A stretch of 58,785 bases of DNA, filler included, from Jimgerdemannia flammicorona (Eukaryota), in NCBI GenBank assembly GCA_003990765.1. It is 3 parts of 3 records of this genome, joined end to end, with 100 filler letters (N's around TTAATTAATTAA, not from the genome) between each part and the next. Parts side by side here need not be neighbours in the genome. Positions count along the whole stretch, not along the records: positions 19,635 to 39,162 come from RBNJ01001919.1; 2 more parts are not named here. The stretch is one strand, 5' to 3'. Shown here piece after piece: positions 21,801 to 34,290 of this stretch. Within the stretch, counting starts at the first letter, position 1, and every line of letters starts with the position of its first letter. The translations under genes and the position numbers were made by a program. The notes under the pieces were generated by a model. The model saw only the letters and a program-made list of their open reading frames with translations, searched no databases and was not told where the DNA came from.

Positions 21801-24399
21801 ATAAGAATCTTTCTCTGATATAATTTAAGTTATATAAACTTCTAACAATACTTTCAGTATTATTTTTAGAGAAAAGATACTATTAACATAGTAAGCAATA
21901 AGTATTTTAAGGAGTATACTAGATAGGGTGGCCCTAGTGCATTTAACTGATAATATGTAAGGAGAAGTCATAGATTGGAGAGGAGTCTGTTGAGTACTCT
22001 CTCTGATAGATAAGAAGGTGATAGAGGTGAGTCTAGTAGATAGAGATCTGGGAGGATGAGTTTTGCTGACAAGATCAAGGCAGGATATCCAGCAACTGGA
22101 TTGAAGAGTTGGCTGCAGAAGAGTAAGGAGAAGGAGAGAACTGTAAGATTTAGTAGTAGAGCCCATAGTAGTAGTAGCAGTAGGGTTAGAGAAGTAGGGG
22201 CTGGGGAGAGTAGAACTACTGATGGAGGGAACTACTAATCTACATTGATCTTTCTCTACTACAATTCACATTATATACACTTTTATAATACACTTTTAAG
22301 TTATTTATTAGAGAAAGGTACTAAGGCAATGACTAACAGCAAGCAAGCAGATATACATACTAGGTTGGGTGAACCTGGGGCCTTTGACTAGCAATATGTC
22401 AGATGAGAATATAGGCTTAAGATGGGGTCTTTTGGTGGCCCAAGTGGGCAGGGCAGCTCAGGCAGTAGAAGCAGTACTGGTGATGGGGCTGGAGGGCAGA
22501 AGGGGAAGAGCTTTGTAGACATACTATGGACTGGTGGTTGGCTGGTGAGAACTCAGGGTGGGCAGGCAGGAGGAAAGGGAAAGTAGAAGGTTGGGGAAGC
22601 TGGAGGTATTAGATCTTAGCTGGTGAGAGATAGGGCTAGTGAGGTAGCTGCTGGGAGTAGTAGTGGAACTACTGATGGTAGTGTGACTGGGAATCTGGAA
22701 AAAAATCCAGATATGACTATTGATAGAGGGGCTGAACAGATGGGCCCAAAGCAGAAGGAAGACCTGACTGATGATGTGATGGGGCTAGTAGTGGCACCAT
22801 TACTCAAGAAGTCAATTTCAGAGTTTGTAGTAACCTTGTACTTCAGGGGCTTAGCAGTGATAGCAAGAATGGTTCTGGGGCTTATTTTGGAGCAGGTGGC
22901 TGGAGCAGTCTCAGTAAAGTTTCTGAAGAGGTTGGAGGGGGTGGAGGTGGGCTTCAAGAAGGCAGGTCTATTGGAGGAGGCTTTGAAGACTAGAGTGACT
23001 ATAGGAGAGGTGGTGGTCTCTATAGTATAGTGCTTGAGGTGGGACCCCCAGGGTGATGTAGTTACTAGTAAAGGGGGTGTCTATAGTAATAAAGAAAGAG
23101 ACTAGAAGGAGGGTAGAGGAGGTGATGGTGGAGTATGATAATGTAGTTGATATTAGTTTCCAGATATAGGAGGGGACTATCTTCAGGACAGGTAATATGG
23201 ATATCAGGATTAGACTGACTGAGAGGGAGGCCATGGAGAAGATGAGTGACTGACCTTTAGTGTTGATATGGGGGGCTTTTATCTGCAAGATATTGAGAGT
23301 AAAAGGGAGTGAAGAAGAGGAGGAGAACTTGTTGAAGGCTCTGGAGGAGTTAAGTAGTACTGTCAAGTAGAGAGCAAAGGCCTGGAAGTTGTATGTAGAG
23401 TTGATGTATCTGGAGATTATTGAAGAGAGGCACATTTATACTAACAAGAGGCAGTGGGAGAGGACTCAAGGATACCAAAGGCAGAGGGAGCTACTAGCAA
23501 GCATAAAAGGAGAGGTGAAGATAAAGGCTGGGGGCACTGAGAAGTCTGAGAGTGTGAAGGTAAGTGTCTGGGCTAATAAGAGAGGAGGAGATATAGAGGA
23601 GAGCCTGGAAGGGGCTGGGAAGGTACCTCATAAGGACCCTTTTGCTGATGGTACATTTGAAGTCTAGGAACCAGTTATTGATGATACTCCCCTACTGGTC
23701 AGACAGAGTCCAGCTGTAAGGAGTCAGGCAGCAGAGGATGAGCTGATGAGGGGCACTCAGTGGGTACACTTTGGGGTTCCTGATATAACAAAAGGAGGAC
23801 AGATGGTGGCAGTTGATGAGGATGAGCTGGTGGATATCTCAGAGAAGGGGTGGGATGAGACTGCCAGTGTAGAGACTGATATGTACCATGATGCTGGATA
23901 CAGGAAGGCCAGGGATGCCTGGAGGGAAGAAGATGGGAAACCTGCTGTGAATGAGCAAGATAATAGATAACTTCATTGCTGAGGAATTGGGGGAAGTAGA
24001 CCTGTGAGTGATGAGTGAGGAGTATTGAGTGTGAATTCTGCATAAATATAGAGTGGTAGAGATACTGAAGGTAGAGATACTTGCAATTTTCCTAGAGGAG
24101 GAGAGTTATGAGGTTGATAAGGAAAGGGAGACTAAGTTGGCAGTCATTGCTGGTGAGCAAGCTGCCTACTGTTGGGTAGAGTGTCATGATTTATAACTCT
24201 AGCAGGAGGTATGCCTGGAGTATCATGAGGATTTTGAGGAAAAAGAGGATGGGATGATGGCTGAACTTCTGGATGGGCTGGAGGCACAGGCAGCAGAAGA
24301 GAAGGAACTGGCTGCTGAATATGACTTGGACTTGGTACAGGAGGAGTTGAATGTAGACTTGTAAAGGATAAGACTGATATTACTATTATTTTTTATAAA

Positions 24400-27300
24400 T
24401 AGTACAACTAATATCTTCTCTCTGAATGTGAATGGGTTAAGGGGATCTGGATAGTATAAGAACATTTTTACTTAGCTTAAGGGATTGGAAGCTGATCTCT
24501 TTTTACTATAGAATATATGATGTGAGAATGAAGAGAATCAGGTGGAGTGGACTAGAGAATGGGGAGAAGCTACTACTTAGATTGGCAAAGTGGTGATTCT
24601 GGTGAGGAGGGGTAGAGGAGATTTGGATAGAGTCAGGAGCTGGGGTGACTGATTGTTCTAGGGAGAATGGCATCAACCTGGGTAGGAATCAGTGAGGGTT
24701 GGCTCCTGCTACTGCCCTATAGCTAGGGGTGAGTGGATTGAGTGGGTTAGAGATCTTTTAGAGGAGGGTATTCTTTTGGAGAAAAGAGTAGATGTCCTGG
24801 GAGGGGACTTTAATATGGTGCAGAATCCACAGTTAGATAGGACTGATGGAGGAAGTAGTGCGAGTGAGAGGAGTAGTGGTCTAGATGCCTGAGAGAAGGT
24901 AGAAAACCTTAGCTCTTTGGGAGATATGGGCAGAACAAAGTGGGGTGAAAAGAGAGTTTACACATACTGGGTAAATAGACTAGGCATGAGGATTAACTGG
25001 ATTCTGACTGCTGAATACTGGGGTGTAGATGTTTGGAGGTCTCTGGAGGTAGAGTGGTGCCTATGGTCTGATCACTGGGGGTTCTTAGGGCAGAAGTAGT
25101 TTGGGGGGAGTAGAGATAGACCTGGACATTGGTACCTTAACTTCTCTCTGCTGACTGAGAAGATATTGTAGAATCTATAGATAGAGGACATCCAGGGGAA
25201 GGTGGCTAGCTGGATACATAAAGGTTTACCTGTGGGTATTTGTTAGATGAGATTGAAGAAGGCTGTGAGAGTTTATTGAGAAGAAGCTGGTAGGGAGATT
25301 GAGAGGCAGTAAAGAAAGAGAATAAGGTGTACTTCTAATAGGCTGCTTAGATTACAGATAGAGTGGGCTGATTTGATTTCTTCTGAAGAGGTGGAGGATT
25401 GGAGGTTAGAGTGAGTGAAATTAGAGATAGTGGAGCTACAATGGATATTGCAAGAAGAGGAAGAGATTTATATGAAAGGAATGGCTGCCAGACTAAGGTG
25501 GCAGGGGCTTGAGGAAGGGGAGAGGCCTACTAGGTACTTGTCAAGACTTCTCAAGGCTAGGAGAGTGTGACATCAATGGGATGGGATCCTTGATACTAAG
25601 GGAGAAATGGTGTATAATATGCAACTGACCTTGGGAGTACTGAAGGAGAGGTGGAGGGGTCTGTAGAGTGAGAAGGAAGGGAGTGTAGATGAGGAGAAAA
25701 TTGGCAACATATTGGAGGAGTGAGAACTACCACTGGTGGAGGGCCTTAAAGACTTGATACTGTCAGTCTGAGAGGAGGAAATCTAGGGTATCCTGGTAAC
25801 AACTAAGCTTAGAACAGCACCAGGAGAGAATGGGCTATCTTGGGACTTTTGGAAGAAGATAGTAATAGTCCCTGGAGTGTTAGGAGAGATAACTGTCCTC
25901 TGTGACCATGTTCTTCTGAATGGCAGGTGGGTTGGTGAGCAGGACTTAGGGCTGGTGGCCTTGTTGTATAAAGACAAGAGAAGGAGAGAGGATTAGAAGA
26001 ACTAGAGACTGATCATGCTTCTGGATATAGATAGAAAGATAGTAACTAAGGTGATTGTTGCAAGGCTACAGAAGGTTGCCCAACAGATACTGGGTGAGGA
26101 GTAGTGGAACTTTGTTGGAGGTAAGCTTATCAGAGATAGGACTGCCTAGGTTTATGGTATTATTGAAGGAGCAAGGGCTTGTGGATTAGATGAGAGACTG
26201 GTCTTTTTGGACCAGAAAAAGGCCTATGACCATATTTAGCAGGTGTGGCTAGGTAAGGTACTGGATAGAATTAGTATTCCTCCATAATTTTGAGCTTCTA
26301 TGTTGAATCTGTTGGAGGGGAGTAGGGCAGTACTGATGTATAATGGACACTAGGGTATGGCATTTCCCTTGGAAAGAGAAGTTCCTCAGGGAGACCCACT
26401 GTCTCCTATCCTCTATACCCTTTTATTAGAATATTTGATGGATAGGATATGGCAGAAGGTGGCAGGGCTCTCTATATATGATATGGTGTAGAAGGTGGGA
26501 GCCTTTATAGATGATATGGTAGTTGGTCTTGGCTCAGTGGTAAATGTGGAGGTACTTCAGAAGATAGTAAAATAGTACAAGGCACACTCTGGGGCAAAAC
26601 TCAACTAGTATAAGTGTGAGATAATGGTGCTGGGGAATAGACTAGTGGGAGGAGACATTATTGGAACAATTGTCTCTACAGGAGAGGTAGTGAGATATCT
26701 GGGTATCTTCCTCTCTATATATAGTTCTATCTTGCCATGAGTGTAGTGGGAGAGGAGGGTGGCCATTTGGGGGAAGGCTCTGAAAGATTGAAGAGATTGC
26801 CACATCTCCTTAGCAGGCTAGGTATTGATCCTGAATATCTACTGGTTTCCCAAGCTATAGTATATTACTTATCATTTAAACTTTTCAGCTTGAGTAGTGA
26901 AGAGACTAACGAAACTGGCTAGAGATTGGATTTGGACAGAGAGGCAGTCCCAGATTAGTTGGGACACTCTTGCAATACTGGTGGTTTGAGGAGGGCTAGG
27001 CCTAGTAGATTTTCCTAAGCAGCTGCATTGTCTGCAAGCTTGGTGGTTGAAAAGAGCTATTGAATTGCAGGGAGGGAGTTGGGTTCCTCTAATACAGAAG
27101 GTATGGGAGATGAGATTCTCTCCATAAGGGTCCTCGGGAGATTTGCTATCTCTGGTGGATCTAGATAGAAGCCAATGGCTACAGTATAAGGGCTTCTGGT
27201 GGGGGGTGGTAGATAGAGTACACCAAATAGGCCTGTGCTGGTAAAGCAATAAGAGGGAGACACTATAGGGTCTAGCTATGTAGCAATGAGATCAACTACT

Positions 27301-27400
27301 TCTGGGAGGTATTTCACTTGCTGAGTTTGATATTAGTGATAGAGTAGAATGTCAGTGGGGACTTGGACAGAATCTATGACCAAGTAGTTAGCAGGTAGTA
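24400..27400 (+). pseudogene. LINE ORF2: AP endonuclease plus reverse transcriptase, many stops
   Basis: SLNVNGL (~24420), GGDFN (~24800), SDH (~25070), APGENGL, FLDQKKAYD, VPQGDPLSP (~26385), FIDD (~26505) and YLG. Confidence 0.92.
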
Positions 27401-28146
27401 GATTGGTAAGGAGTGGAACTGAGCAGGAGTCTGGTCATAGAGTGCTGAGGTACAGAGGTGGCTTCCTCCCAAGTTCTGAGTAGTATAGTAGAGGATGCTG
27501 TGGAGGAATGTTATATTGAATTTCCATGCTGGGTATCTGGTGGATGGTGGTCAATTAGATTGTGAGGAGTATTATAATATTGAGCAAGTTGGGGGATTTA
27601 TGTAGATGTCAGAACATTGGCTAGAAGAGTGTGAGATTCTGGAGGACTTTTGGATTGCAGTAGGGGCCTGGTTGGGTGTAGAGAGGAGGCCAGATGGAGA
27701 GAGAGGGTGCTGGGAGGATCTGAAATCTAGATTAGTAAGAGGTGTGGGCAATGGATGGCTTACTGCAGGGTGAGTTTTAGCTGTATAGATAGGGCTAGCT
27801 AGATATTAGCTCTTTATTTTTGAGGAAAGGTGGTAGTTAGGTATATAGAAGAAGTTATTGAGATGAGAGGGGTTGATGGAAGATCTATTGACTGAGTAGT
27901 GGGTTGGTTGGGATTAGTGCTCTCAAATGAATCAAATATATTCGAATCAAATCAAATTGAGATTGATTTGAATTGAATGGAAATGGGGATTTTTATATTT
28001 GAATTGAATTTGAATCAAATCAAATTTGAATCAAATTGGAGGTTTGATTTGATTTGATACGAATCGAATTGGGGGTTTGATTTGATTTGATATAAATCAA
28101 ATTAGAAGTTTGATTGAGGGTCTCAATTTGTCACACATAATATATG

Positions 28147-28298
28147 CTACAAAAATTTTTATTACCAAGTAACTGAAATTCTTTTTATTGTCTACCCCCC
28201 TGCACCTACAATGGTCTACTTCCTACAAAAATTTTTATTGCCAAGTAACTGAAATTCTTTTTATTGTCTATCTCTCTGCACTTATAATGGTCTACTTC
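28147..28298. repeat. ~75-bp direct tandem duplication
   Basis: ctacaaaaatttttatt.ccaagtaactgaaattctttttattgtcta..atggtctacttc occurs twice. Confidence 0.85.
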
Positions 28299-28345
28299 CT
28301 GCAATACCTGACTGCAGCTACCATCTGCTGAGCATTATTATATGG

Positions 28346-29173
28346 TCATTTTTCAAGAAGAAGGTTTGGAGTCAATGAGTTTAACTTTTGGCAAATTTTG
28401 GATAAGGTACCACATATCTTTTCATACCACTGGCAATTGAAGCAACTTGTGCAAGGCTTATCTCTTGGCCTTCTTGGAGCAGTGGTGGCCTTAGCAGTGT
28501 TGGCAGCCTTGGTGGCATCAGCAGTCTTGGCAGCATCAGCAGCCTCATTGGTGGCCTCATTGGCAGCCTCATTGGTGGCCTCATCAGTAGCCTCATTATC
28601 TTGAATGGTAAGGATGGTGTTATTGTCTTGAATTGCAGTCTTGTCTTGAATTTCTTGAATGATGGTCACGTCATTATCTTGAATAGTAATGATGACCTCG
28701 TTATCTTGAATAGTAATGATGGCCTTGTCATCTTGAATAGTAATGATGGCCTTGTCATCTTGAATAGTAATGATGGCCTCATTATCTTGAGTGGCCTTAT
28801 CATCTGTTGAAAGGAGAATAACCTCTTCTCCCTCACCACTGCTGGCTGAAAGGAGGATAGCCTCATCTACCTTGTCATTATCTGAGTTATCATTGTCATC
28901 TGAATGAAAGAAGATAGCATCATCTATTGCCTTGATGAATTCTTCGATGGTACATATCTATAATTTTTCTTTTTTTCCTTTTACATTGAGCTTTGATGGT
29001 AGTTGTTCCTTCTTCATTTAGCCACATAATGATTCTGCCAATTCGATGATTCATCATTTCAAATACTCCAGAGATGGTTTCAAGGTAAGCATGAAGGTTA
29101 TTTGTGGGAGTATTCATTATGAAGGTTATTAGCAAGAGAAATGTTTTTTTTTTTTTTTTCTTTTCTTACCATT
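28346..29173 (-). CDS. Second gene inside the hAT: acidic repeat protein with Cys-rich C-terminus (gene model tentative)
   Basis: Stop-free frame 28346-28957 (204 codons) starts after an AG and contains (DKAIITIQD)n, (NEAA)n and CTSCFNCQWYEKIC. TATA at ~29190 and ATG|GTAAG at ~29170. Confidence 0.5.
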
Positions 29174-29229
29174 AGAGGCAGCTTATTTATATATTTTATC
29201 TGATGTCATAGCTATAGCCATATCCAAAG

Positions 29230-29660
29230 TACCATATCTGAAGCTCTTGGCTACATATGTTTGAAGCACTACCTGACTATGTATATTTGAAGCACTGCCA
29301 TATTGAAAGCTCTTGGCTATATATATATTTGAAGCACCACCTGACTATGTATATTCAAAGTGCCACCACATCTGAAGTGCCACCATATCTGAAGCTCTTG
29401 GCTACATATGTTTGAAGTACTACCATATCTGAAGCTCTTGGCTATGTATATTCGAAGTGCCACCATATCTGAAGCTCTTGGCTATGTATGTTTGAAGTAC
29501 ATACTGTACTTAAATCCATTAAGTATTTGCCTCAGCATTTGCTCACTATCACTGATAAGAACCAAGAGTTTGCTCTTTGCTACCATATTTAAAGCACTAC
29601 CATATCCACTTGGCTATGTATATGCTGCCATATTGGAAGCTCTCAGTACTACTATATCTG
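29230..29660. repeat. Tandem repeat array (ccatatctgaagctcttggcta..) upstream of the hAT second gene
   Basis: Multiple imperfect ~20-45-bp units visible. Confidence 0.75.
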
Positions 29661-29819
29661 AAGTGGCTATCATTTTGACCAAGGGGTTTTATTTAAAGGT
29701 ATGTATATCAGAAATTACTGGAAAAAAAATATATATATATATTTCAAGATTTTGAGATTAGCTAGCTAATTGGAATATTAGACTGATTGCTATACCTTTA
29801 AACATATATATTCATGAAT

Positions 29820-32344
29820 TGTTTCAGAGTCTAAAATACCTCTTTTTAATAATACAAGATCTTTACCCTTTGAAAATATTCTTTCAATTGATGTGCTTGT
29901 TGTGAGGATAGCTAAATAGTCACATGCCATTTTTGTTAGATTTGGGAAATCTCTGCTATGGCCCTAATATTTTTCATAAATGATTAAATCAAAAAGAAAT
30001 TCTAAAATTTCAATTCGAATATATATATATAAATTCTAAACTTACTTACTACCAAGATAATATATCAACTCCTGATGAATATTCAACAGTTTCACATTTC
30101 AAATAAATATTTACCTCTTGCTCGGGAATCACTATTAGTTTCTGTCATTTGCTGAACATATGTTCTTATAGTTCAGTATCCACATTATCTCCAGTATCTT
30201 CAATATTAGAACTTACTCAATAAACCAATCTAGCTAGAGGGATATAGGTTGTATTATAGGTTGTGTAAAATGCATTTTTCACCTCTTCAATCCACTCGGG
30301 TTCCCAATTGTAAGATATATAATATTGTAATTTAAGTCTGAGATTGAGTACTGATTTTATTCAAAAAAGAAAAAAATTAGTTCAATTTCAAAATACAGCC
30401 AACATTATTTTGAATATATACTTACTAGTACCAACATAATAAATTGGAGTATCTGTCCTTTTATAATATTCTTTCAACTTAACAATAGCTGCTGTTAGTG
30501 TCAGGTGAATGAGATTCAACTCTTCAGTATTATTATCCTCCAACTTATCCAGTAAGAAGTTATAAATCGGAATAGTAGAATAAATTATTGGATATTTATG
30601 CTACATAGCAAGATCTGTTGCTTGTTTGAAGTACTTTAGAATATCAACAATGTCTTTTAACACCTGCCAAGTATAATCTTCAATAGTGTATTTTCGAAAA
30701 TTCCTATTAGCAATAATGGTTGCAGTTAAGGGCTATATATAATATATATATAATAGTAATTAATTTGTTAGATTATCACTCATGAATAAATTAAATATAT
30801 TTGATTCAAAATATTTTGAAATATTTTGAATCGAATCACCAATTCAATTTGATACTATTTGTTGGGAGTACTGATCTGAAGAATAAAAAAAAAAAAAAAA
30901 AAAGATAATTCTAAGGCTCATTCAATTATCAAATATGTTGAATTCCATCAAGTTCTAACATCCAATATGAGTTCTTTTGGATTGCTGATTCCAAAAATTC
31001 TACATTGCTTAGCAAATTGCTCTCAACACTATAGTAAAGATTAGATCTTGGTAATAATCATTCAGAGCCTTGATATTTCTCTATTCTCAGTTGTATCATT
31101 ATCTTCACTCTCAGCCTTCAGACAGATTAAAAATGCCTGAACAGCCAGGTTAATGATATGTGCCAGGCAGTATATGTGTTGTATTGGTGGATTGTTAAGA
31201 TAAGTGTGATTGAATTTCTCTTGAATTATTTGAAAAAACACATTGTTGTTGGATGTATTGTCTATTGTTATAGCCAATATCTAGAGTGAAAATCAATAAT
31301 TTGAAATGTAAGATAACTGTATTTCGAAATATGTATATATATTTTTTTAAAAAAAAAAAATCACAATCTTTTTCATATAAAAATATAAAACAAAACCACT
31401 CATTTCCAAAATATGAAATTATATACCTTTGTTGATATCCCAAAGTCTCTGATATAGTTCATGAAGGCATCAGTAAGATTTTCACCTGAATGAGATCCTG
31501 ACAGCTTGACAAAATCAATCAACATATAGTTGAGTTATCAATTCTGACTGATCTAATGTACATTAATTCCAAGAAATACATGCATATTAGGTGATATCCA
31601 TATATCAATAGTGAAAGATATTTAACCGAGTACATTCTATTTCCAAATAAATTAATTGGAATGAGCTTAATTCGAATTAATATTTGAATAAGTCAAAATA
31701 TTAAATCTTACCTATAGCTTAATTTTGACAGTATTATGACTCTATTGAAAAGCTAGTCTGATTTCATTTTGAATAGTTCCAGTAGAAGGAATAGTAATGT
31801 CTAGTTTCAGAAGGCAAAAAATATCTTTCAGCTCTGAACTCTCAACAATCATAAAAGACTGATTATCATTAATAATCCAGCAAATGAGCTTGTCTTGAAA
31901 TAACTATATAGAGAATTTTGGCTATTTAAAAAAAGAGAGTTCTTAGGATACTCATCAGTATAGCCATCAGCTCCCCCAATTACAATATGGTCAAAAGGTA
32001 AACCATATTTGTGATAAGTACGAATCTATCATTCCAACCTGAAGACTCTTATAGTGTTTGTTGAAATGTATCTACAAATTTGTTGTTGAGCTACCTTTAG
32101 ACTTATATTTTACTTTACAGTGATTATACTTCAGAATGACTTCTCTATCATCATTGTGCACCTTTGTAAACTCCTTCCAAATATCAGAGTATGTATGGCA
32201 TACTCTTTCTTTTTCTTTTGCAGATTGTGTTGAGGTTGTTACTGCACTTGTTGAAGTTATATCTGTTGATATTATGGCTATTATTATAGTATCCTCTGTA
32301 ACTGATAGTGGTGTAAAAGGGTCATCTGATATGCTTGAATACAT
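29820..32344 (-). pseudogene. hAT transposase with BED finger, multi-intron, inactivated
   Basis: BED SDIWKEF..HCKVKY..STTNL, ITIDNTSNN, CLAHIINLAVQAFL, LDVRT*WNST and the dimerisation motif FPNLTKMACDYLAILTTSTSIERIFS. AT-rich GT..AG introns lie between the motifs. Confidence 0.9.
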
Positions 32345-32630
32345 TAAGGAAGATAGTTGTATATTGTGAGTTTCAATATATTTTTTTTCCCTTTTTAATA
32401 GTCATTTATTAACTATCTATAACATGCCACATATCCTCATACAACATCAGTAGTCCTATTCTACCCCAATCTCAATCCACTCCCAGCCTTACACCTTTAG
32501 GGTGTGAGTTGTGACCTCACTACCCAAGTAACTAGATCCTCCTACCCGGCCTACCCCACCTAGTGGGTATGGGTTGTGAGCCCCAACCACCTCAAGTACT
32601 TAACATCTAGTGCACCTGACCTACCCCTAT

Positions 32631-33592
32631 TAGTGCTTTCTGTCTTGCCCATCTAGCCTGTCTTGCCTGCCCATGTTGCCTGTGTTGTCATCTTGCCATC
32701 TTGCCCATCTTGCCTGTCTTACCCATCTTGCCCGCCCATGTTGCCCATGTTCCCTGTATTACCTGTCTTGCCCATCTTGCCTGTATTGTCTGTCTTGCCC
32801 ATCTTGCCTGTGTTGCCCACCCATGTTGCCCATGTTGCCTGTGTTGCCCATGTTGCCCACCCGTATTGCCCATGTTGCCTGTGTTACCCATCTTGCCCGT
32901 CTTGCCCATCTTGCCCGTCTTGCCCACCCATATTGTCCATGTTGCCTATGTTACCCATGTTGCCCATGTTGTCCATGTTGCCCATATTGCCCATTTTGTC
33001 TGTTTTGCCCATCTTGCCCATGTCACCTATCTTGCCGTCTGCCCATCTTATCCATGTCGCCCATCTTGCCATCTTGCCCGTCTTGCCTGTCTTGCCTACC
33101 CATGTTGCCTGTGTTGTCCGTGTTGCCCATGTTGCCTATGTTGCCTGCCCATATTGCCTGTATTGCCCTTGTTGCCCACCCATATTGCCTGTATTGCCCG
33201 TGTTGCCCGCCCGTGTTGCCTATGTTTCCTGTGTTGCCCACCCATATTGCCCGTATTGCCCGTGTTGCCTGTTTTGCCCGTTTTGCTCATTTTGCCCGTT
33301 TTGCCCATTTTGCCCATTTTGCCCATTTTGCCCATCTTGCCCATCTTGCCCATGTCACCTGTCTTGCCATCTGCCCATCTTGTCCATGTCGCCCATCTTG
33401 CCATCTTGCTGTCTTGCCTGTCTTGCCCATCTTGCCCATCTTGCCTGTCTTGCCTGTCTTGCCCGTCTTGCCCATATCACCTGTCTTGTCATCTTGCCAT
33501 CTTGCCCATCTTGCCCATCTTGCCTGCCTGTATTGCCCATGTTACCCATATTACCCGTGTTACTCATATTGCCCGTATTGCTCGTGTTGCCT
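32631..33592. repeat. 9-bp satellite, ~100 units (TTGCCCGTC/TTGCCCATC/TTGCCTGTC)
   Basis: Directly visible; begins right after a TIR-like TAGTGCTTTC at 32631. Confidence 0.92.
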
Positions 33593-34101
33593 GGTGAGTT
33601 TCAATACATGTGAGTTTCTAATTACCATATTGAGTTTTGAGGATCAAATCAAATCAATTTGATTTAACTTTGGAATTGAGCCAACTATCACATTATTTTA
33701 TTTATATACTAGTATTGTAATATTTACAATTAGGCAGTAGCTTATATGACTATAATCCCCTGTTCAGCTGATAGAGAAATCTCATTGAATTAAATCAAAT
33801 TGAAACTCGAATCGAATTGACCTCAATTCGAATCAAATTGAATCAAATTAGACTCATATTCAATTCAATTTGATTCATTAAGAGCACTAGTTGGGACCCC
33901 CAGGGTAGGCAACATCACCATTTGGTAGAAGGAATCTATAAACAGAGTAGTAGATAGGTGGCAATAGTGAATGATAAAGTAGTCTTTCATTGAGAGAGAA
34001 TAGAGAGAGAGAGGGTCCCCTAGGGGGATTGGGTAGGAGTAGGCACAGTGTATTATATAGAGAATAGACAATGTGTTAATAAAGAAAGGAATCCAAGTAA
34101 C

Positions 34102-34142
<41 letters not shown>

Positions 34143-34290
34143 AGACTGCTAATCTGAAAAAAAAAATCCAGATAGGATGGCTGATAGTGAGGGGGACAGG
34201 GGGGGGGGCCAAGGCCTGGAGATCTAGCTAACAGTATAATGAGTCTGGTGGTAGTACTATTACTTAAGAAATTAGTATCTGAATTTACAG

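Larger units (their letters stand above)
27915..33889 (-). mobile_element. hAT DNA transposon, ~5975 bp
   Basis: TIRs TAGTGCTCTCAAATGAATCAAAT / ATTTGATTCATTAAGAGCACTA. 8-bp TSD gttgggat (27907-27914) / gttgggac (33890-33897). Subterminal aatcaaat-type arrays at both ends. Confidence 0.93.
22242..34140 (+). mobile_element. Full-length degenerate L1/Tx1-like LINE (LINE-B), interrupted by a hAT element
   Basis: ORF1-like region ~22400-24360, ORF2, and a poly(A) tail at 34105-34140. Degenerate 15-bp TSD gggaactactaatct (22227-22241) / gaagactgctaatct (34141-34155) differs only by G/A transitions. Confidence 0.85.

Noticed and set aside
32663..33662. Three overlapping ~300-aa ORFs (Cys/Pro-, Leu/Pro- and His/Ala-rich)
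   Set aside because: Artefact of a stop-free 9-bp satellite.
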